Assembly: GCA_963776275.1 (NCBI GenBank)
Contig: CAVZMI010000017.1
Location: 1 to 64,000, forward strand
Direction of reading: 5' to 3'
Source of the DNA: Ignavibacteriota bacterium
GTDB lineage: Bacteria > Bacteroidota > Ignavibacteria > UBA10030 > CAVZMI01
Length of the DNA: 64,000 bases
In this document: positions 11,157 to 22,743 of the stretch, one piece after another
How the letters are laid out: each line of letters opens with the position of its first letter
How positions within the stretch are numbered: the first letter of the stretch is position 1
Program-made: the position numbers and the translations under genes
The notes under the pieces: generated by a model
The model's database searches: none
What the model was told of the DNA's origin: nothing
Seen by the model: the letters and a program-made list of their open reading frames with translations, nothing else

Positions 11157-12482
11157 ATGCTGGGTTGTAATATTGGGACTTTATTCAAGGTAACAGTAGG
11201 CGGTGGTTCATATCAGGAAGGTATGACAACTCATCTACAAGGCGTACCTCCGGGAATGCTTATAACTGAAGAAGAGATTTACAGTGATTTGCTCTTGAGA
11301 AAACCCGGTCAGGACGAATTAACTTCACCCCGATTAGAACCCGATATCCCAGTTATTTACAGCGGTGTTAATGTCGCAGATACAATGATAGGAGTTAAAA
11401 ATGCTGGTTATACTAACGGCACACCTTTTGTGATTCTGATACCGAATCTGGATAGAAAATTTGAACACATAGAGCAATATCGCACAACAAACCGCACACC
11501 TCGTCCAGGACATGCTTCTTATGCATCATTCAAAAAATACGGAATTTACGATGATGCTATCGGAGCAGGATTTTTCAGCGGAAGATGCACTTCTACGGTC
11601 GTTGCAGCAGGAACAGTTGCAAAAAAAATACTCAAAGAACACGGCATTGAAGTCATCGCTTATATCAAAGAAGCAGCCGGAGTAAGCATGAAAAATATGC
11701 CTATAGAGGAGATAAAGAAAAAAGTATCCAGTTTCCGCAAGATGAGGAAAGAATACGACAAAATATACAAAGCAATCTATGTTTCCGGCCGTATTAAACC
11801 CACAATGCGGTTCTTAGAGAAAATGGCAGTCCTTTCTGAATTTGAAAAGATTCTTACAGAAGTAGAACCAGTAAAGATGAACGAGGAAAAAATTCGCAAA
11901 GAATATGGTATTCATCCAAAACTAAACTGTCCGGATTTGAAAGCCGCAGATGAAATGTATAAAGAAATAATCAGAGTTAAAGATGAAGGCGATTCAACAG
12001 GCGGTGTTGTAGAAGTGGTAGCTACAGGACTTCCGGCTGGTGTTGGAGAACCGTTTTTCAACAAACTCAGCGGAGAACTGGGAAGACTTTTGAACATCAA
12101 TGCAGTTAAAGCAGTGGAAATTGGTGCAGGTACAAAAGTAAAAGATATGAAAGGTTCCCAGTGTAATGACGAATTATTCTCTGAAGGTGGAAAAGTAAAA
12201 TTTAAGTCTAATAATGCAGGTGGAATTACCGGTGGTTTAACCACAGGACAACCGGTAATAGTAAGCATAACGATAAAACCCACACCTACTATTGCTAAGG
12301 ACCAGCATACTATCGATAAACTAACCTTACAGAATGTTACTTTGAAAGCAGTAACAAGACGCGATCCTACTATCGTTCCCCGTGCTTGGCCTGTAGCCGA
12401 AGCCTTTGCAGCAATAATTATTCTGGACCAGTATATGCAACATCTTGCTTATCAAAGCATGTTTACCCATAAATCTGCTTAA
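11157..12482 (+). CDS. aroC: Chorismate synthase family protein, divergent, with insertion
   Basis: RKPGQ..TSPR, TNGTP, PRPGHA, GDSTGG, GVGEP, NNAGGITGG..TG, KPTPTI, RDP. Confidence 0.85.
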   Translation: MLGCNIGTLFKVTVGGGSYQEGMTTHLQGVPPGMLITEEEIYSDLLLRKPGQDELTSPRLEPDIPVIYSGVNVADTMIGVKNAGYTNGTPFVILIPNLDRKFEHIEQYRTTNRTPRPGHASYASFKKYGIYDDAIGAGFFSGRCTSTVVAAGTVAKKILKEHGIEVIAYIKEAAGVSMKNMPIEEIKKKVSSFRKMRKEYDKIYKAIYVSGRIKPTMRFLEKMAVLSEFEKILTEVEPVKMNEEKIRKEYGIHPKLNCPDLKAADEMYKEIIRVKDEGDSTGGVVEVVATGLPAGVGEPFFNKLSGELGRLLNINAVKAVEIGAGTKVKDMKGSQCNDELFSEGGKVKFKSNNAGGITGGLTTGQPVIVSITIKPTPTIAKDQHTIDKLTLQNVTLKAVTRRDPTIVPRAWPVAEAFAAIIILDQYMQHLAYQSMFTHKSA

Positions 12483-12502
12483 ATGTAGAGGAGGTTTTTA
12501 TA

Positions 12503-12724
12503 ATGGTGGAAGAAATTGATACAAAAAGTTTAAAGTGCGGGAAAAGACTATATCATTTCAATCTAAAGAAAACATCCGGCGGCAACAAATATATAGATAT
12601 AGTCGAGATAAGAAATCAAAATGATACTCGAGAGAAAGACAGAATTATGATATTTGAAGACCATATTAATGAATTTATGGAAACACTAAGTGAAATGGCA
12701 ACTAATCTGAAAACAGGTAAATAA
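12503..12724 (+). CDS. PUR-family/DUF3276 single-stranded nucleic-acid binding protein
   Basis: KSLKCGKRLYHFNLKKT...YIDIVE...IMIFED..EF pattern, 73 aa. Confidence 0.8.
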   Translation: MVEEIDTKSLKCGKRLYHFNLKKTSGGNKYIDIVEIRNQNDTREKDRIMIFEDHINEFMETLSEMATNLKTGK

Positions 12725-12725
12725 T

Positions 12726-12986
12726 ATGGAAATCATAAAAAATCATTCTAGGCGGAGTAAAACTGCAGTTATCGGCTTCATATTATCCATTCTCTGGCTC
12801 TACGGGTTGGGTTCAATTTTCGCTGTTATTTTAGGAATTATCAGCATAAGGAAAATTAAAAGAAGTAATGGCGAACTTAAAGGAGAAGGTTTTGCCATAA
12901 CGAGCATAATCTTAGGCGGGATAGGTCTAATTCTTCCTCTCTGGATTCTAACCTCGGTTATCTGGACAATTATTACCCGTTCATAA
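12726..12986 (+). CDS. DUF4190 membrane protein
   Basis: A..GFILSILW..GSI.AVILG..SIRKIKRS.GELKGEG.AI..IILG. Confidence 0.85.
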   Translation: MEIIKNHSRRSKTAVIGFILSILWLYGLGSIFAVILGIISIRKIKRSNGELKGEGFAITSIILGGIGLILPLWILTSVIWTIITRS

Positions 12987-12999
12987 GTGAAAGAATAAG

Positions 13000-13044
13000 A
13001 ATCGGTTTTCGGTTATAGGTTATCGTATTTAGCAACACCGATTA
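13000..13044. terminator. Hairpin between convergent genes
   Basis: AATCGGT...ACCGATT inverted repeat overlapping the FadL-like stop. Confidence 0.4.
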
Positions 13045-14309
13045 GAAAGTATACGTTGTGGACAATTCAAACATGTGCGAATATCCCCAGTAATCGCCAT
13101 TGGTAGGAAATGCGTTTTCACTATCTTCTGCTTCTCTTCTTATACCTTGAGAATATGAATATGCAACATCTACATTCACTTTCCATATCGGGAAACTGGC
13201 ACCCACAAAAAATCTGTTGCTTGAAACGTCAAACATCATAGGGTCTAAGGTTTCTGCAGGAACAGGAGAAGGGTCCCACATGTAACCGCCTCTTAAGGTA
13301 AATTGGGGATTTACTTCGTATTCTGCCCCAAGTCTTAATATATATCTGTCTTTCCAATCGCGGGAGATTTCTACTTCGTCTGTAGATAACAATTGCATGT
13401 GGCGGATTAAAAAGATGTTATGGGATTATCTAATTTTTGAGTAAGCGTATCAATTCTTGACCAATTTACCCAATCAATCTCCCGACTGACAAGCCATCTA
13501 TCAAAACCTGAATAGCTAACTCCTAAAGATACTGTTTGCGGGAAGGTAAAATTCATCGAAAAATCTTCATCAAATTTGGGATAATCTATTGGAGTTTGAG
13601 GGTCAATATCAACATCTCCTTCGAATTTAACTTTTGTTTCGCTTCTCCAGGTACCGCCTACTGTCCAATTATCCGAAGGTGACCACAGAAAACCGATATT
13701 GCCGGAAGTTCCTCTTCCCTCTCCCCAAGTTTTGACATACGCTTCACTGGGAATAGGCGGAATTGCACCATGTAGGAATAACAACAGCATAAGATTTAGT
13801 ATTCATTTTTGCAAAGCCTTCTGCTAACCCTGCTCCTACCAACAAGTTATCTCCTAATCTACAGGACATTCCTCCCTGAAGATTACCCAGGGAGATTTCC
13901 GAGCGCGTTGAGTTATATCTCAAAAAAGAATCATCTTCCCATCTTTGACTCAAACCAAAAGGTACATAGTATCCTAATCCTGCACTGAAAGAATCGTTGA
14001 AATTGTGTGTCAAAAAGAGATTAGGTATCATCTGGATAGTCGTTATGCTGCTTTCCTTACCATCTGCTTCGGCATCATAATACGAATGAGGGTCAACGAA
14101 AGCCGTGCCTTTCATAAGCATAGTTCCTTCACACATACCTAATCCGGCAGGATTCCAGTAAAGAGCTGAAGGGTCATCAGCAACAGCTACAAATGCACCA
14201 CCCATTCCAGTGGCTCTTGCCCCAATTGAAGGTGCCTGAATACTGGCTGAATAGACAGTTGAAACTAATAAAACGAAAAAAATAATTAAGAAGAGATTCT
14301 TTATTTCAT
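13042..14309 (-). CDS. Outer-membrane FadL/TodX-family transporter, frameshifted
   Basis: GARATGMGGAFVAVADDPSALYWNPAG, FPQTVSLG, W.D....RLGAEY, LRGGY; C-terminal TYTF. Confidence 0.9.
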
Positions 14310-14326
14310 CTTCCTCCCTTTTTTAT

Positions 14327-15347
14327 TTAATCATCGCAATTTTCCAAAACTTTTATTGCTATATCGAGAATTTTCGGATGAAAATGAGTTCCTTTTCCTT
14401 CTTTAAGATTGTTTAATGTTTCTTGTTTACTCAAGGCTTTGCGGTAAGGTCTATCTGAACGCATGGCATGATAAGCATCGGCAATAGCTAGAATAGAAGC
14501 AAACAATGGAATTTCCTTACCTTTTTTCCCATTGGGATATCCTGTCCCGTCATATTTTTCATGATGGTCTCGTATTATACACATATAGTCTTTTAACCCA
14601 CCAATTGGATTCTATGGGTATATAGAACATCCCATATCAGGATGTTTTCTAATCAGTTCCCATTCTTTAGCAGTAAGTTTCCCTTTTTTGCTCAATATAG
14701 ATTCAGGAATACCAATTTTCCCAATATCATGCAGAGAAGCCACATAGCGAAATGTGTCCTTCTCATCAGGGGTAAGTTTTATAAGAGAATTACACGCTTC
14801 AAGTATCAACGAAGCATAACGAGCTACCTGTTCAGAATGGACGGAGGTATAACCGTCTTTAGCATGTATTGCAGCTAAAAGAGAATCTATTGTAGAGGAA
14901 TAGAAGTTCTTTGTTCTTTGATCAAGTCGATTTCTTAATATTCTCTAATTCCAATAATCTTTTTTTCTCTTTTCTCTTTTTCCCTCTCCTTTTTATTCTC
15001 TCCTTTATAATTTCAAGAAGTTCATTTCTATTAAAGGGTTTGTTTATATATGCCGAGGCACCACATCGCATAGCTTCAGTTGCACTATCCAGAGTGCCAT
15101 ATCCTGTAATCATTATTATCTCAATATCTTCATCTATTTCTTTTAATCTCTTCAAAAGTTCTATTCCGTTCATTCCGGGCATTTTTATATCTAACAGAGC
15201 CACATCAGCCATATCTTCTCGAAATTCTTTCAGTACTTCTTCTCCTTGTGTAAAAATTGATAGATCATAATTATCTTTTAAAATCATCTTAATAGATTCT
15301 CTCACTCCTTTTTCGTCATCCACAATAACTATTTTGCCTTTTTTCAT
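14327..15347 (-). CDS. Response regulator with HD-GYP phosphodiesterase (RpfG-like), frameshifted
   Basis: REC (VDDE, LLDIKMP, KPF); AKDGYT..HSE, LHDIGKIG, HHEKYDGTGYP, ADAYHAM.SDRPYR. Confidence 0.93.
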
Positions 15348-15385
15348 CTTTCCTATCCTTTCTTCTACTAAGAAGTAGAATTTTA

Positions 15386-17634
15386 TCATTTTATCCCGAG
15401 CTTCTCCATTTTATAGGCGAGCATTCTTCTACTTATATTCAACAATTTAGCTGCTTTCATTCTAACTCCACCTGATTTTTCCAAAGCTTCAATAATTAAT
15501 TTTCTCTCTATCTTAGCCACTTCTTCCTCCAGAGAAAGATGTTCTTCCTTGAAAGAAGGAGTGGTAGTTTCTTCTACATGAGTATAAGAAGGAGCTGATA
15601 TGAGGTTCAGGCATTGGGACTGAGACCTCGTCTCTTTCTGTTATCACCGGAAGGAATATTTCAACAGTTGTCCCTTTCTTGGGTATTGAAGATATATTAC
15701 TCTTACCACCATGCTTTTCTATAATCTGTTTTACAATAGGTAATCCAAGACCTAATCCTTGAGTTTCGGTTGTAAAAAATGGCGAATACAGTTTAGACAT
15801 ATTTTCATACTCTATACCTTTGCCGTTGTCTTTAAAGATTATTCTAACTTCTTTTATTCTCGAGGTCATACGAAGTCTCAATGTCTAACTTGCCACCATC
15901 ATTCATAGCAGAGAGACTATTCTTAATAAGATTTGAAAAAACTTCTTTCAGTTTATCACCGTCAATGAGACTCTTGGGAATAGAACTGGCGATATTCTTT
16001 TTGACTTGGATATTTTGCTTTTTAAACTCTTCTTGGAATTCTTCAATCACTTCTTCCAATATTGAATTGATATTCTCCGTAGAAAGAGTTAATTTGGAAG
16101 CATCTGAAAGTTTTTCCAGTCGGTTAACAATATAGTTCAACTTATTAACACTATCTAAAACCGTTTCATGATAATCTTTCACAAAACCTTTCTCTCCTTT
16201 CTTCTCTGGTAGAAGCTGTGCAAACGTACTAATAGAAACAAGTGGATTTCTTATTCCGTGGGCTATTCTTCCTGCAAGTTCTCTCCAGAATTCTTCTTCT
16301 TTTGCTTTATCCAGTTCTTCTTCCAACTTTTTGACCCCTGATATATTCTGGAAAATCATCAATGCTCCTTTTACTTTATTTAATTCATCCCTCAAAGGAA
16401 CAGTGCTTATCCCCAAAGAAATATTCTTTCCAGGATATACTATTTCATGCCGATTATAAATTCGTCTCATCGTGAAGGGTTCTCAGCATAATATCAGCAA
16501 TTATTGAGCCTGTTTTTTGTATATCTTCACCTATTATCATCTACTTCTATTCCCAAAATATCCTTTGCGGATTTATTTATTGAGGTTATTTTCCCTTCCT
16601 TATCTATAGTTAATACTCCGGAAGAAATATTCCGCATTATATCAGAAAGGTGTTCTCTGTGTTGAATAATCTCTTTATATAGACAAGAATTCTGGATAGC
16701 TAATGCGGTATAGTTACTCATCATATATAGAAATCTTAATTCACTGGGAGTAAAATCCTCACCAGTAATTTTTTTGCCCAGACTCAAGAAACCTAAAAGG
16801 TCACCATCAGAGAATAATGGAATACATATCTCTGATTCCAAAAGTTCCATTTCTTCCTTAATAGAAGATGGAATATTTTTGTTTTGTCTTGTCAATATCT
16901 GCCCATTTTTGTGAAAGCCATCCTGCAATACCATCTCCTTCCTTAATTTTGAATTCTTCCACAATCTCTCTTTTTATTCTCAAAGCATTTTTAATCCTAT
17001 AAGAGAAATTATTTTTATCTTTAATGAGAATCGCTAACTTCCCTACTTCAAAAACTTCTCCCAATGTAGTTACAATCATTTCAAAGAGTTCTTCGGGTTC
17101 AAATATGTGAGTTAGAATACGGGAGAATTTTCTAAAAGTCTCCTGATAGTAATAGAATAATTGTTTTAACTCTTCTTCCGGTAAGAAATCTCTATTTCCT
17201 GTAACAGGTTCTTTTGTTGTTAAATCTAATTCTCTTTTCTCGTCTTCCAGAGTTTTAATTTTTCTCATAAGTTGAAGTCTTTCTTCAGCTCTCAATATAA
17301 GATGCCCCAGTTCTTTTCTTTTGAATGGTTTGATTGTCCATTCATAAACCTTGTTTTCTATAAGTTCTTCTTTTATCTTGTCCTCAGATGTGCAAAGAAG
17401 AACTATAGGAATAATTTCTGAGTTCAATCTCTCTTATATCTTTGATAAATTCAAGCACATGTAACATCTGGGAGCGGAGTATCTATAATTGCAATGTCAA
17501 TCTGTTTTTCTTTTATTGTTCTCAAAGCTTCTGTCAGGACTTGAAGCAGAAAAAATCAAAAATTTGTCGTCAAGTATTGCCTTTAAAGATTCTTTTATCT
17601 GTTTTTGTTCAGTAACAATTAATAGATTCTTCAT
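15386..17634 (-). CDS. Multidomain sensor histidine kinase (degenerate REC-GAF-PAS-HisKA-HATPase) followed by a Fis-type HTH, multiple indels
   Basis: IAHGIRNPL H-box, NLIKNS N-box, DNGKG, GLGLGL; GAF LLGFLSLGKK.TGEDF; PAS SGVLTID..GKIT..N; HTH IIEALEKSGGVRMKAAKLLNISRRMLAYKM. Confidence 0.85.
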
Positions 17635-17986
17635 GATTTTGAAGTTATTAATTTATATTCGGATTCTTTTAAAAATACTGGCAGAGAGATTAAGAAAGTT
17701 GTTCCTTTATTCTACTTCGCTTTCAACTTCAATCTTACCACCATGGTCGGTTACAGCTCGGTAAACAATTGCCAAACCTAAACCTGTGCCATTATCTTTT
17801 GTTGTGAAGAAAGGGTCAAAAATTCGTGAAAGATTTTCAGGAGGAATTCCTTCTCCTGTATCTCTGAATTTTTAAAAGAATCCATCCTCCATTGTCAGTT
17901 TTCTTATAAGATGTTGTAATGTATAGATTTCCCTCCCTCTTTTTTCCATAGCTTCAATGGCATTAAGAAGAAGATTTAAAAGGATT
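17631..17986 (-). CDS. C-terminal HATPase fragment of a second histidine kinase, cut at contig junction
   Basis: [45 protein letters not shown]. Confidence 0.88.
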
Positions 17987-17995
17987 TCGTCAAAT
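17980..17995. other. Contig/genome junction
   Basis: Genes on both sides are truncated here; base composition, CpG usage and indel density change abruptly. Confidence 0.88.
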
Positions 17996-18247
17996 CTTCA
18001 CCGGCTTGATCTTCTCATAGATCCTATTCCGACAAATTTTATACATAATTCCTCTCATTTATTCGGTATCGTTGAGGCGATTGCCCTGGCACGTGAACTT
18101 CATCAACTCCCTTCGCGTTTACTCCTGTACGGTATCGAAGCCAAGATATTTGCGGCAGGAGCGCCTCTTTCTTCAGAAGTGGAAGGATCTGTGACGCATG
18201 TTGTCAATGGAATCGTCGATGAAGTCACGAATAACGCCAGTGAATAG
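17987..18247 (+). CDS. Hydrogenase maturation protease, C-terminal part (5'-truncated at junction)
   Basis: SSHLFGIVEAIALARELHQLPSRLLLYGIE..F..GAPLSSEV. Confidence 0.85.
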   Translation, partial: SSNLHRLDLLIDPIPTNFIHNSSHLFGIVEAIALARELHQLPSRLLLYGIEAKIFAAGAPLSSEVEGSVTHVVNGIVDEVTNNASE

Positions 18248-18291
18248 ATCATAGCGAATAACGGCCATTACTCCGTCGAAGGAAAGAAAAA

Positions 18292-20504
18292 ATGAACATA
18301 TCCGGAATTCGAAAAACTGCCATCGGTCTCATTTTCCTTACAATCGTTCTCCATCTGCCGGCACTGGGCAGAAGGGGGCAAAAGAGTTCACAGTAGAAGA
18401 TATTTATGGATCAAGGAAATTTGCGGGTAAATCTCTTCGAGGAATCGGATGGATCAACGAAGGCGGGAAGACAACGAAGTTCTCATATCTCAAGAGCGAC
18501 GATTCAACGCAGCAAACGAATATCTGGGTTCAAGATCTCCATGTGGGTGAGAAAAAACTTCTCGTTGATGCTGCAAAACTCATTCTCAAACCCGGCGATA
18601 AACCTTTTCATATCTCAAATTATGTCTGGTCACCAAATTTTTCAAAAATCCTTTTTACCGGAACACTGCCGGCACGGCGGACCAAGACCGGGGGGGATTT
18701 ATTCCTTTACGATCTTACCACGGAATCGTTCAGGGAATTGACATTGTCCAAGGAGGAACAGAGTAATGTTCAGTTCTCGCCGGATGGATCAAAGATCGGT
18801 TTCGTCCGTTCCAATGATCTCGTAGTTCTTGATCTTGACAGCGTGAAAGAAACCCGCCTGACCAACGATGGGGCGGAGCACGTGTTGAACGGACATTTCG
18901 ATTGGGTCTATGAGGAAGAATTCAGCATTATTGACGGATGGCGGTGGTCGCCTGATGGAAAAAGCATTGCGTACTGGCAGCTCGACGAGAACCGCGTACC
19001 GAAATATTTCCTCTGGAATTATGAACCACAGCATGCCGAATCGACAGAGACGCGATATCCGCAGCCGGGGGACCCGAACTCCATCGTGAAAATTGGCATC
19101 GTCTCACTCGAGACAGCGAAAACCGTCTGGGTAGATCTTGGAGCGAATGATGATATTTATATCCCGCGCATCTATTGGACGCCTAAAAGTAATTCTCTCT
19201 TCATTGAACGGCTCAATCGTGCACAAAACACACTCGAAATGCTTGCAGCCGATCCGTTATCGGGGACAACAAAAATTCTTTTTACGGAAAAGGATGATGC
19301 GTGGATCGATATTTACGACGATATGACATTTCTTCCTTCGACCAATCAGTTCATCTGGTCTTCCGAGCGTGACGGATATAAGCATCTCTATCTCTACGAC
19401 ATGGACGGCAAACTTGTTCGACAAATTACAAAAGGCGAATGGGAAATTGACTTCCTCAATGGTGTTGATGAAAAAAATAAGTTGATCTATTTTACCGCCA
19501 CGAAGAAATCTCTGTTGGAGAAGCACTTCTATGTTATCGGATTCGGCGGATTGGGATTACAGCAGTTGACGAAGGAAGAAGGAACACATACGATTAACCT
19601 ATCGCCTGACTATCAATACTTTATCGATCGCTATTCGACAATTGTCCAGCCGCCAAAGCAGGTTCTCTATTCAGCAAGCGATTCACTGATTCGCGTCCTC
19701 GAGGATAACCCGATGGATATTTTGAAGGAATATTCGATGGGTGAGGCAAATTTCTTCACATTCAAAACATCTGATGGAGTGGAGTTGTATTGCTCAATGG
19801 TAAAACCGCTGGCATTTGAACAGGCAAAAAAATATCCGGTGTTGTTCGATGTCTATGGAGGTCCGGGCTCTCAGACCGTTGGAAATGTGTGGGGCGGCAG
19901 TGATTATCTCTGGCATCAGATGTTTGCGCAAAAGGGGTATATCGTTGTGAGTGTCGATAATCGTGGGACAGGTTTCAGGGGAAAGGCATTCAAACAAATC
20001 ACGTACAAAAACCTCGGCAAGTGGGAAGTGAACGACTATATCGAAACTGCAAAATATCTCGGTTCGCTACCGTATATCGACAATAACCGCATCGGGATCT
20101 GGGGGTGGAGTTATGGGGGATATGTCACGCTTCAAACGATGTGCCTGGGCGCAGATTTTTTTAAAACCGGTGTTGCAGTTGCCCCCGTGACACATTGGAT
20201 GTACTATGATGATATATATACCGAGCGGTACATGAGTACTCCGAAAGAAAATCCTGCAGGATACAGCGAAAGTGCTCCGATCAATCATGCTTCACAATTG
20301 AAAGGAAATCTTCTCATTGTCCATGGAACCAGCGATGATAATGTCCACTGGCAGAACACAATTACGATGGTCGATTCACTCATCAAGGCGAACAAGCAAT
20401 TTGAAACCGCATTTTATCCGGGTAAAGATCATAGTATTCGGGGAGGTGTTACACGACAACAGCTCTTCACAAAAATCACGGAATTCATTTTGAAAAATTT
20501 ATGA
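18292..20504 (+). CDS. S9B dipeptidyl peptidase IV (indels near 5' end)
   Basis: DWVYEEE, YGGPGSQ, GWSYGG (Ser), HGTSDDNVH (Asp), DHSI (His). Confidence 0.96.
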
Positions 20505-20781
20505 TGGATACAGGAGATAGGTTGAGGTTGAAGTCAAGGGTGAGAGGGGATGAGTCTATGTAATGCTGTTATCCCGTCAGACCAAGAATTTGGACAATCA
20601 GTTAAAAAGGCGATTCAAGACAGTTGAATTCCTGATATTACCTCGTTTTTTCGGACATCGATCATTTTTCATGAAGGAATATCTCAAATAAAATCATTGA
20701 TGATTCCATATTTGTTCTTTTTCACTTTTTCTCTATATTGTCTGAAAGTCACAATCACTCCTCATCATTCAGAAATATTCC

Positions 20782-22716
20782 ATGCCAGGAAAAGATTTTC
20801 ACCCCTACGTTCCCGCTGAAACATCACTCGCAGAACTTTCAACAAGAGCACTGTTTATCGGTGTCGTACTCGCATCGGTTATGGGAGCAGCGAATGCGTA
20901 CATCGGTCTGAAAGCCGGCATGACCATCTCGGCGACGTTTCCGGCCGCCGTCCTTGCCATCGCCTTATTGCGAGGGCTTCAGGGGACAATATTGGAGGAA
21001 AATATTGTCCGGACTACCGCCACGGTCGGCGAAGCTCTCGTCGCAGGGGCAATTTTTACATTACCGGCATTTATCGTAACCGGAATCTGGGGATCGTTCA
21101 ACTACTGGGAAAGCACCGTGATTATGCTTGTTGGTGGAATTCTCGGTGTTCTCTTTGTTGTGCTTCTCCGTCGCGTTCTTATCGATGAGTCTGATCTCCC
21201 ATATCCCGAGAGCATCGCGTGTGCCGAAATTGTTAAGGCTGGACAAAAAGGTGAAAGCGGAGCAATATATGTTTTTGGTTCGATGGGGGTTGCAGCCGTC
21301 ATCGAATTTTTTAAAAATAGCCGCGGTATAAAAATATTTGGTGAAAACTTTTCGGGATTTATTCCGTTTAAGAATTCAATAATTTCCATTGGTGGAAAAA
21401 GCGAGACATACTCCGGCGGCCTCTATCTCCAGTCTCCGCTCGCTTCACCGGCTCTGGTCTCGGTGGGGTATATTATAGGCTTCGAGCTTTCGGCGATCGC
21501 ATGGGCCGGCGGCCTCTTTGCATGGTTCTTTCTTATACCGCTCGCGGCATTTCTGAACGGACGGATTCCGGCTGGTGCGGATATCGCGACAGTATTTACC
21601 GATGTGTGGCAGAATCAGGTACGAATGATCGCCATCGGTGCAATGCTTGTCGGAGCGGTTCATACACTCTGGGGATTAAGAAAACCACTTGTGGAAGGAC
21701 TCGCTCGTGCTTTCCGTGATCTCCGAAATATTCGGGGTGGCGCTACGTCAAATGTCTCGCGTCTCCAGAAGGATATCCCTTTCTCGTGGATTCTCATCGG
21801 GCTCGTTCTCCTGACAATCCCGATCACGGGGATCTATTTCTTCTATACACATGATCTCATCGCTTCTATCTGTGTTGCAGTCATAATGATCGTCACCGGT
21901 TTTCTCTTTACCGCTGTAGCTGGATATCTTGTCGGTGTCATGGGTGGATCGAACAATCCAATTTCCGGACTTACCCTGCCTTCGCTTGTTATTGCTGCGC
22001 TTCTCATGGTATTGTTCGGTATTACCGGAAAAGGGGGGATTGCGGCGGCGCTTGGTGTTGCGGCGGTCGTCTGCTGTGCTCTCGGAATCGGCGGAAGCAT
22101 TTTGCAAGACCTGAAAGTCGGTCATATACTCGGCGGTACGCCGTGGAAAATGGAACTCGGTGAAATTGTAAGTGTGATCGTTACATCCTTCGTCCTAGTT
22201 TTTCCGATGGCAATTCTTCATGCGGGGACTCCCGGCGGTATCGGCGGCCCGCAGTTACCGGCACCGCAAGCCGGTCTCATGGCCGCGCTTTCGCAGGGGA
22301 TTGTGGGAGGAACAATGCCCTGGCCGCTGTTGCTGTTCGGAGCTGCATTTGCAATAGGTCTGATTCTTATCAAGTCTCCATCACCGACACTGATCGCGGT
22401 CGGAATGTATCTTCCGTTTGAGACAACATCGGCAATTTTTGTCGGTGGATTATTAAAATATGTTTTCGATACACTCCGGAAGACCCAAAAATATTCACCG
22501 CTCGAAATGGAATCGTCTGAAAATAAAGGAATCCTTCTTGCTTCAGGACTCGTTGCCGGTGAAGCAATTACCGGTGTAGTTCTTGCCGGATTATTTCTGC
22601 TGAATTTCTCATTACCGACAATTTCCAATAATCCCACACTGGGATTATTGATATTTGTTGTTATCGCACTTATTCTTGTAGTAATTCCTTTCAAGAAAAA
22701 AACGCACTATGAATAA
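20782..22716 (+). CDS. OPT-family oligopeptide transporter
   Basis: ANAYIGLKAG, ENIV.T, LPYPE, NNPISG, QDLKVGHILG, PAPQA, GLVAGE. Confidence 0.96.
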   Translation: MPGKDFHPYVPAETSLAELSTRALFIGVVLASVMGAANAYIGLKAGMTISATFPAAVLAIALLRGLQGTILEENIVRTTATVGEALVAGAIFTLPAFIVTGIWGSFNYWESTVIMLVGGILGVLFVVLLRRVLIDESDLPYPESIACAEIVKAGQKGESGAIYVFGSMGVAAVIEFFKNSRGIKIFGENFSGFIPFKNSIISIGGKSETYSGGLYLQSPLASPALVSVGYIIGFELSAIAWAGGLFAWFFLIPLAAFLNGRIPAGADIATVFTDVWQNQVRMIAIGAMLVGAVHTLWGLRKPLVEGLARAFRDLRNIRGGATSNVSRLQKDIPFSWILIGLVLLTIPITGIYFFYTHDLIASICVAVIMIVTGFLFTAVAGYLVGVMGGSNNPISGLTLPSLVIAALLMVLFGITGKGGIAAALGVAAVVCCALGIGGSILQDLKVGHILGGTPWKMELGEIVSVIVTSFVLVFPMAILHAGTPGGIGGPQLPAPQAGLMAALSQGIVGGTMPWPLLLFGAAFAIGLILIKSPSPTLIAVGMYLPFETTSAIFVGGLLKYVFDTLRKTQKYSPLEMESSENKGILLASGLVAGEAITGVVLAGLFLLNFSLPTISNNPTLGLLIFVVIALILVVIPFKKKTHYE

Positions 22717-22743
22717 CATAGAGTCCCTGTTTGGGGAAAAAGA

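Noticed and set aside
431-17634. Mass pseudogenisation or programmed frameshifting in the left segment
   Set aside because: Breaks are 1-nt indels, often in homopolymers. They hit core genes (scpAB, aroA, aspC) whose motifs are otherwise intact, which is typical of uncorrected long-read error.
17957-18247. 96-aa [13 protein letters not shown]... as a complete gene
   Set aside because: Its first ~10 codons are the antisense of the kinase on the other side of the junction, so it is an artefactual fusion.
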